Positions 19,662 through 24,607 of a stretch of 24,607 bases of DNA are shown here, piece by piece (position 1 is the stretch's first letter; each line of letters begins with the position of its first letter). Made by a program: the position numbers and the translations under genes. A model generated the notes under the pieces. The model was not told where the DNA came from. It searched no databases and worked only from the letters and a program-made list of their open reading frames with translations. This DNA comes from a virus (lineage: Duplodnaviria; Caudoviricetes): IMG/VR virus record IMGVR_UViG_3300047274_000348, positions 1 to 24,607 of that record. One strand, 5' to 3'.

Positions 19662-19880
19662 CTACACGCCCTGCAGCTTGTCCACACTTTCCGAAAAGCG
19701 CCACATCGCGTCGGCATAACTGGCACCGATAGGCTCTGGTTGTGGCTCTGGTGTTTTGTATCCAGCTTGGTCGAGCACGGCACGGGCAAAGTCGAGCACG
19801 CCCTGATCGCTGAAGCAGATGTAATTGGTGAAGCAGTTTGCGTGCATGTACATAATTTCTTGGATCTCTTCGTCGGTCAT
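19662..19880 (-). CDS. Hypothetical protein (72 aa)
   Basis: MTDEEIQEIM...VLDFARAVL; start reassigned to the ATG at 19880; its stop is the CTA arm of the 19650 site. Confidence 0.6.
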   Translation of the reverse strand: MTDEEIQEIMYMHANCFTNYICFSDQGVLDFARAVLDQAGYKTPEPQPEPIGASYADAMWRFSESVDKLQGV

Positions 19881-19955
19881 GGTGCCGTGATTGCGTGGGA
19901 GGCTAGAGTGACAGAAGCCTTCCAGCGGTGTCAACTACTAGACGCCTGAACCACT

Positions 19956-20486
19956 GTGTTTCTTCTCGACGGCAAACCCCTGGCTCTGGACGTGCCTTTT
20001 AAGCACGCTGGCATTCAGTACCCCGCCAACTGGCTCAGGCTGAGCAGCCCGCAGGAGCGCAAGGCGATTGGCATCACGGAGGTGCCGGATCCTCAGCCAT
20101 ACGATCAGCGCTTCTACTGGGGCTACGACGCCGAGGGCAAACTGATCCCGAAGGACCACACGCAACTGGTCGAGCAGTGGATGCAGCAGACACGCACCAC
20201 CGCCAACACGCTGCTGGCCCCTACGGACTGGATCATCATCCGCGAGGCCGATAACGGCAAAACAGCCGACCCCGTCTTACGGACCTGGCGCGAAGAAATC
20301 CGCCTTGCCTCAGGCAGCAAAAACTACGAAATTCGCAACACCGCCGATACCGAGGCACTCGCGGCCTACATCACCAGCCCGGATTACTCCGCTTGGCCAT
20401 CTGATCCCTACGCACCGCAGCCCGCTGCCCCCCAAGGCGACGACACCGTGCTGTTTAGCAACAACAGCACCAGCAGCGGATTCTGA
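19956..20486 (+). CDS. Putative tail fibre assembly chaperone
   Basis: QYPANWL, YDQRFYW, LLAPTDWIIIRE...WREEIR motifs typical of fibre-associated chaperones; downstream of the fibre genes. Confidence 0.65.
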   Translation: MFLLDGKPLALDVPFKHAGIQYPANWLRLSSPQERKAIGITEVPDPQPYDQRFYWGYDAEGKLIPKDHTQLVEQWMQQTRTTANTLLAPTDWIIIREADNGKTADPVLRTWREEIRLASGSKNYEIRNTADTEALAAYITSPDYSAWPSDPYAPQPAAPQGDDTVLFSNNSTSSGF

Positions 20487-20623
20487 TGGCCGTCAAAGCC
20501 AAGACTGGCGCCGCCCGGATTGATCACCAACCCGGGCCACCCAAGACCACCAGCATCGGCTACGGCCAGAACAGCCGGCCCCGCCGCCGCGGCAAGAAAC
20601 CCCGCCGGGGCCAAGGCCGCTAG
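20486..20623 (+). CDS. Small basic protein (45 aa) ending RRGQGR
   Basis: Absent from the ORF track. TGATG-coupled: MAVKAKTGAARIDHQPGPPKTTSIGYGQNSRPRRRGKKPRRGQGR*. Confidence 0.75.
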   Translation: MAVKAKTGAARIDHQPGPPKTTSIGYGQNSRPRRRGKKPRRGQGR

Positions 20624-20632
20624 GCTATAACC

Positions 20633-20890
20633 ATGATCGAGATCCTCGCTGCTGTTGCTGGAGCCTCCATCAGCGTGGCCGCTATGGGCGCGATGGGTTT
20701 CAGTCGCCGCAGCGACGAAGCACGTGATGCCGTAATCCGCCTCACCGCTGCCGTGGAACACATCGCCACCCAACTCGAAGTGCTCCACAACGACATCAAA
20801 GAGGACCGCAAAGAAACTTTCGGCCGCCTCAACCGCGTCGAACAACGAGTCACCGTACTGGAATCCCGTCCCCCATCATGTCCTCAGTAA
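20633..20890 (+). CDS. Membrane-anchored coiled-coil protein (possible lysis accessory)
   Basis: Hydrophobic N-terminus of about 22 aa, then heptads (LEVLHNDIKE..RLNRVEQRVTVLE). Confidence 0.7.
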   Translation: MIEILAAVAGASISVAAMGAMGFSRRSDEARDAVIRLTAAVEHIATQLEVLHNDIKEDRKETFGRLNRVEQRVTVLESRPPSCPQ

Positions 20891-21066
20891 TCTCTACCGA
20901 AGACCTGGGCCAAAGTTTCCACATCGACACCATCCGCGGCGACGACGGCGGCATCTACTACCGCATCTGCACCCGCGGATCCTGTAGATATGTTGAAGAT
21001 TTGTGGATGGCCATGATGTACGCCGAATCCATGGGCTGGCTCCCCCCAAACCAGTCAACTCACTGA
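20878..21066 (+). CDS. Hypothetical protein (62 aa, YYRIC..GSCRYVED)
   Basis: Overlaps the upstream stop; typical codon usage. Confidence 0.6.
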   Translation: MSSVISTEDLGQSFHIDTIRGDDGGIYYRICTRGSCRYVEDLWMAMMYAESMGWLPPNQSTH

Positions 21067-21368
21067 CTCAACCACCACTGAATCGCATCCTCCACATGCG
21101 GCTCCCAGAACTCCTGCATCCGAAACCACGCTGACCATTCCGTGGAACTCTTCCGGGTGTTGCACGACAGGCAACACGCCACCAAATTCGATGGCACCGT
21201 CTCACCACCTTTCGACTTGGGACGCACGTGATCCAGCGTCCCCGACTTGCCAAGCGGCTCGCGGCAATACGCGCATTTGTAATCCCAGCCCTTCAATATC
21301 TGCTCTCGAAACCTGGCCTTAGCCTCGCGTTTACGAACAAACCCGTCTTGCTCGTCGATGTAATCCAC
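21060..21368 (-). CDS. HNH endonuclease
   Basis: CAYC...TLDHVRPKSKGG...NLVACCLSCNTRK. Confidence 0.92.
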   Translation of the reverse strand: MDYIDEQDGFVRKREAKARFREQILKGWDYKCAYCREPLGKSGTLDHVRPKSKGGETVPSNLVACCLSCNTRKSSTEWSAWFRMQEFWEPHVEDAIQWWLSQ

Positions 21369-21471
21369 ACCGCGCAGCAGCTACCCCAACGGTAGCGACA
21401 GAAACAGCGTTATTGCTAAAACGCTTGCCACCACAGTTAGACTTACACAGAAAAGTCCCCTACTACATCTC

Positions 21472-21612
21472 ATGGACTTCCTGTCGCATCCAGCCTTCTG
21501 GATCGTGGTCGCCGCCGCCTCCGAGCTGATTGCTCTGTCCCCCCTCAAGAGCAACAGCATCGTCCAACTTGTTTTCCAAATCCTTAACCTCCTCAAGGCA
21601 AAAAAGGGCTGA
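21472..21612 (+). CDS. Small membrane protein, holin candidate (46 aa)
   Basis: Absent from the ORF track. MDFLSHPAFWIVVAAASELIALSPLKSNSIVQLVFQILNLLKAKKG*; hydrophobic with a basic tail; upstream of the endolysin. Confidence 0.75.
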   Translation: MDFLSHPAFWIVVAAASELIALSPLKSNSIVQLVFQILNLLKAKKG

Positions 21613-21851
21613 TCCGCTTCGGCAAACCTGCCCTGGAGCGTGACCTCGAATCAGCCATCCGCAAATGGTGGTTCGAGCGCACGCTCCCAGCCAAGGTCGA
21701 CGCGGAAATCACCACCTGGCACAACAGCCAGCCCCCACCCACCGACTCTCCCACGACCATTGACCACCCCATAGATCCCGAGCTGCAGACCGGAGAGTCC
21801 CAGAAGCTCGGCGGCCCGATATCCATCCACGCCCCCTGGCGCCGTGACTAA
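21600..21851 (+). CDS. -1 frame extension of the 21472 gene (fusion about 126 aa)
   Basis: A AAA AAG at 21600-21606; -1 frame open from 21588 to TAA 21849-21851 with no ATG/GTG/TTG; downstream hairpin at 21615-21640. Confidence 0.7.
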   Translation, partial: KKGLIRFGKPALERDLESAIRKWWFERTLPAKVDAEITTWHNSQPPPTDSPTTIDHPIDPELQTGESQKLGGPISIHAPWRRD

Positions 21852-22965
21852 CCCCTCCTCCCTCCGTCTGCTGGATCTGTGCCGGTTTTACCGTGCCCTC
21901 CCCCACCAGATGGCCGCCCTGCAAGAACTGCAGGAAGCCATCTACAAATCCGACCCCAACATCCTCAGCCGCAACCAACCCTGGTTCAAAACCTGGAGCC
22001 AGAGCGGCAAAATCCTGGCCATCACCAACGACTGGAACGGCATCACCAAAGCCGCCCGCATCGCTGGCGCCAAATTTCCCGAACTGGTCGCCGCCCAATG
22101 GGCCCTGGAATCCGCCCACGGCACCAAAACATCGGGCCGCAACAACTTCTTCGGCCTCAAAGGCGAAGGCACCGCCACCAAAACCCAAGAATTCCTCAAC
22201 AACCAGTGGGTCACCATCACTGACTCCTTCATCGACTTCCCGGACATCCAGACCTGCGTCTGCTACCTCGTCGACCACTGGTACAAAGACTTCAAAACCT
22301 ACAAAGGCGTCAACAACGCCGCATCCCGCGAAGACGCCGCCCGGATGCTGCAAAAGCAGGGCTACGCCACTGACCCCACCTACCCCGAAAAGCTGATCAA
22401 ACTCATGGATCAGCACGCGGTCAAACCCGAAACCGCTGGCACCTGCACCCTCAAAGTCCCCTACGAGTACCAACTCGACAACAAAAGCGGCACCGGCTAC
22501 CGCGAGTGCTTCAGCTCCAGCTGCGCCATGGTCGCCCGCTACTGGGGCAAGATCGGCAACGACGACGCCTACAACGTCATCCGCCGCAAATACGGCGACA
22601 GCACAGACGTTTCCGCCCAACTCAGCGCCCTCCGCTCCCTGGGCCTAGCCGCCACCTTCATCCAAGACGCCACCGCCTCCACCCTGGAGGAACAACTCGA
22701 AAAAGGCCGCCCCACCCCAGTCGGCTGGCTCCACCGCGGTCCCGTCTCCGCCCCAAACGGCTCCGGCCACTGGAGCGTCGTCACCGGCTTCACCCCCACC
22801 CACTTCATCCACAACGACCCCAACGGCGAAGCCGACCTCGTAAAAGGTGGCTACGTGAGCAACAAAGGCGGCGCAAGCATCACATACTCCCGCAAGAACT
22901 GGCTCCCCCGCTGGCTCATCGACGGCCCCGACTCCGGCTGGCTCCTCCAAATCCACCCCGTCTGA
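21844..22965 (+). CDS. Endolysin: GH73 glucosaminidase plus C39-like cysteine peptidase
   Basis: AQWALES..NNFFGLKG..GYATDPTY (GH73); QLDN..ECFSSSCAM..GHWSVVTG..HNDP (C39-like Q/C/H/D). Confidence 0.85.
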   Translation: MTNPSSLRLLDLCRFYRALPHQMAALQELQEAIYKSDPNILSRNQPWFKTWSQSGKILAITNDWNGITKAARIAGAKFPELVAAQWALESAHGTKTSGRNNFFGLKGEGTATKTQEFLNNQWVTITDSFIDFPDIQTCVCYLVDHWYKDFKTYKGVNNAASREDAARMLQKQGYATDPTYPEKLIKLMDQHAVKPETAGTCTLKVPYEYQLDNKSGTGYRECFSSSCAMVARYWGKIGNDDAYNVIRRKYGDSTDVSAQLSALRSLGLAATFIQDATASTLEEQLEKGRPTPVGWLHRGPVSAPNGSGHWSVVTGFTPTHFIHNDPNGEADLVKGGYVSNKGGASITYSRKNWLPRWLIDGPDSGWLLQIHPV

Positions 22966-22966
22966 C

Positions 22967-23191
22967 ATGCACAACCCCCTCGAACCCCGCCTGGAGCACC
23001 AGCTCACACAGCACGCCCAGGAGCGCTACCTGGACCAACTCCACGCGGCCCGCAACATCGACGAACTCCACCAAGCCGCAAAACTCCTCAACCAGCTCTA
23101 CCACCTGGAACGCATCAAAACCGACTGGGCCATCCGCGAAGCCGCCAACAACCTGGCCGCTATCTGCGGCTACGACCGCGACTCCTGCTGA
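22967..23191 (+). CDS. Hypothetical helical protein (74 aa)
   Basis: ATG 1 nt after the endolysin stop; typical codon usage; last + strand gene. Confidence 0.7.
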   Translation: MHNPLEPRLEHQLTQHAQERYLDQLHAARNIDELHQAAKLLNQLYHLERIKTDWAIREAANNLAAICGYDRDSC

Positions 23192-23412
23192 CGCCTCTTC
23201 AGCATCGCCCGGGCATCCTTCTCCGCCCCATTCTTCGACCGCGCCAGCTCGGGCTTTTTAACCTGCCCGGGCAACAACACAAGACACCCCCGATACTTAC
23301 GTTCCGCGTAAGTACGGGCCTCCTCCCAGTTCTCCCCTGGCACCAACGTCCGCAGCGCCCCACGCCCCGGGAGCCACACCTCCACCTCAACCCACTGCTT
23401 AGTCTTCGACAT
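23170..23412 (-). CDS. Hypothetical protein (80 aa)
   Basis: Part of an overlapping - strand operon; G-ending codons. Confidence 0.65.
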   Translation of the reverse strand: MSKTKQWVEVEVWLPGRGALRTLVPGENWEEARTYAERKYRGCLVLLPGQVKKPELARSKNGAEKDARAMLKRRQQESRS

Positions 23413-23623
23413 TCCAGGACTTCGGATAGTCAGGCTCCTCTACGGCCTGCACGATCACTGGAACGCGAGTAACCTCCTCTACAAACCTGGCCGCCTTGAT
23501 GGTGCGCTCGTAGGTCGACCACGACCCAGCATCCTCACGCGCCTCAGTCAACAAAATTTTCCTCGTGTCGGGCTGCGCCGCCGCCACGTACTTGTCTCCA
23601 CACAAAATCACGTACCGCGTCAT
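23399..23623 (-). CDS. Hypothetical protein (74 aa)
   Basis: MTRYVILCGDKYV...; ATGA overlap with the upstream stop at 23620-23623. Confidence 0.65.
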   Translation of the reverse strand: MTRYVILCGDKYVAAAQPDTRKILLTEAREDAGSWSTYERTIKAARFVEEVTRVPVIVQAVEEPDYPKSWNVED

Positions 23624-23880
23624 GAATCTCCCTGTTGCTTGGAGCGTTGTCTGCCTTCTACTCGTCGTTTTACCGACTCTGCCCACATCGCATGATCCGC
23701 CGCCTCCGCCGCCTTGTAATCCGACGTCAGTGACATCTTCTCCAACGCCGCATAAATCATCTCCCTCATCAATGCCGTGGGTCTTTTGTTCTCCTTCTCA
23801 GCCAGCTTCACCACCAGCCCATAACGGTTGGGGTCTAAAAGCACTTGGCAATAGAATTTTGAACCGTGCTTAAGCGGCAT
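23620..23880 (-). CDS. Possible ribbon-helix-helix DNA-binding protein (86 aa)
   Basis: MPLKHGSKFYCQVLLDPNRYGLVVKLAEKENKRPTALMREMIYAAL: strand-helix-helix pattern; start reassigned to the ATG at 23880. Confidence 0.55.
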   Translation of the reverse strand: MPLKHGSKFYCQVLLDPNRYGLVVKLAEKENKRPTALMREMIYAALEKMSLTSDYKAAEAADHAMWAESVKRRVEGRQRSKQQGDS

Positions 23881-23897
23881 ACCCGTGCGGTCTACTC

Positions 23898-23912
23898 TGC
23901 TACATAGTAGCA
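23898..23912 (-). promoter_or_regulatory. Extended -10 (TGcTACTAT) inside a 15-bp palindrome
   Basis: TGCTAC-ATA-GTAGCA; the - strand hexamer TACTAT lies 23 nt upstream of the 23880 ATG. Confidence 0.5.
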
Positions 23913-24116
23913 CTACCAACGGGCTGGAGCGTCCACCTTCTTCTTCCACGCCTCCGACTGCGCTTGCCTAGCCGCCATCCGCTGTCTGGCACACCCCTTA
24001 CGCACATCGAAGGCCCACTCCAGGAACATGGCGGCCCGCTGCAGATCCGCCGTAGTGGCCTTGCGGATCGCAGCGTACAGCCGCTCCATGATGATCTGCC
24101 GCCCTGTCTTAGCCAT
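23913..24116 (-). CDS. Hypothetical protein (67 aa)
   Basis: MAKTGRQIIMERL...; overlaps the upstream gene stop. Confidence 0.65.
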   Translation of the reverse strand: MAKTGRQIIMERLYAAIRKATTADLQRAAMFLEWAFDVRKGCARQRMAARQAQSEAWKKKVDAPARW

Positions 24117-24285
24117 CATCCCACCCGGGTGCCAGCGCAATTCTGACCACAGTCTTACCCGGAAACAGCTCCTGTATCTGCTGGTGCGCTTGGAACGCAT
24201 CCTCCGCCTCCACCTTGTACTCATGGAGCGGACCCCCAATGCACCGCATTACCACCACATACCACCGCAACGGCTTGGGCCTCAT
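24109..24285 (-). CDS. Hypothetical protein (58 aa)
   Basis: MRPKPLRWYVV..VEAEDAFQA; ATGA overlap with the polymerase stop. Confidence 0.65.
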   Translation of the reverse strand: MRPKPLRWYVVVMRCIGGPLHEYKVEAEDAFQAHQQIQELFPGKTVVRIALAPGWDDG

Positions 24286-24605
24286 TTCGCCTCCAGCCAA
24301 GACTCCCCAACATGCGCCTCAGCCAGCGCTGGCACCACCCCAAGCCACTCCGCCTCAGCCTCCTCCATCGTCTTAGCCAACTGGAGCGCCCACCTCTCCG
24401 CCTGATCTTCCCGCACCAACAAGATCACCTCGTCGTGGACCACGCCAGCAAGCTGCACCACCTCGTCACTTTCCTTGCGTAGCAGCGGCCACAACTTCCC
24501 CAGCGTCCGCTTCAACACCGCCGCACCAGCCCCCTGAATTGGGGTGTTACAACGCGTGGTCAGCTTGTTGTGCTCACCCGGAAGAAACCGCCGCAACTGC
24601 GACTT
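24282..24605 (-). CDS. polA: DNA polymerase family A, C-terminal fragment
   Basis: NTPIQGAGA and motif C VVHDEV, ending VGESWLEAK; frame open to the window edge. Confidence 0.92.
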   Translation of the reverse strand, partial: KSQLRRFLPGEHNKLTTRCNTPIQGAGAAVLKRTLGKLWPLLRKESDEVVQLAGVVHDEVILLVREDQAERWALQLAKTMEEAEAEWLGVVPALAEAHVGESWLEAK

Positions 24606-24607
24606 AC

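Larger units (their letters stand above)
16804..19937. repeat. Dispersed 15-bp sites TAG-N9-CT(A/T)
   Basis: Exact TAG-N9-CTA at 16804, 17421, 17505, 18138, 18828, 18841 and 19650; TAG-N9-CTT at 18021, 19196 and 19444; CAG-N9-CTA at 19923. Confidence 0.8.

Noticed and set aside
19196-19937. Classical integron, shufflon or CRISPR array
   Set aside because: No attC-type long hairpins, integrase or invertase; site spacers are not identical; no 25-45 nt direct repeats; the units are whole ORFs.
16715-19950. Diversity-generating retroelement as the cause of fibre variability
   Set aside because: No reverse transcriptase and no template/variable repeat pair differing at adenines is visible in this window.
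22506-23261. 251-aa Arg/Pro/His-rich ORF
   Set aside because: Alternate frame of the C-rich endolysin gene and the following gene.

Overview
Segment of a long-tailed (siphovirus-type) dsDNA phage genome; a picocyanobacterial (Synechococcus/Cyanobium-like) host is inferred from protein style, not shown. The + strand carries the 3' part of the major capsid gene, head-tail joining genes, major tail tube, a tail chaperone with a -1 slippery site, tape measure, tail-tip genes (the large one is broken by a frameshift near 11880), two extra tail-tube paralogs, two fibre/receptor-binding genes, and a lysis region with a GH73 + C39-like endolysin. From 23170 a convergent - strand block ends in the C-terminus of a family A DNA polymerase. 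Two signals stand out. First, a 15-bp site TAG-N9-CT(A/T) clusters in 16.8-19.9 kb, where it punctuates the lectin/SPRY fibre gene and brackets three small ORFs like cassettes. Second, an unannotated small membrane-protein gene just upstream of the endolysin has an A_AAA_AAG heptamer and a downstream hairpin that would extend it by -1 frameshifting. All calls come from reading the sequence by eye; no searches were run.
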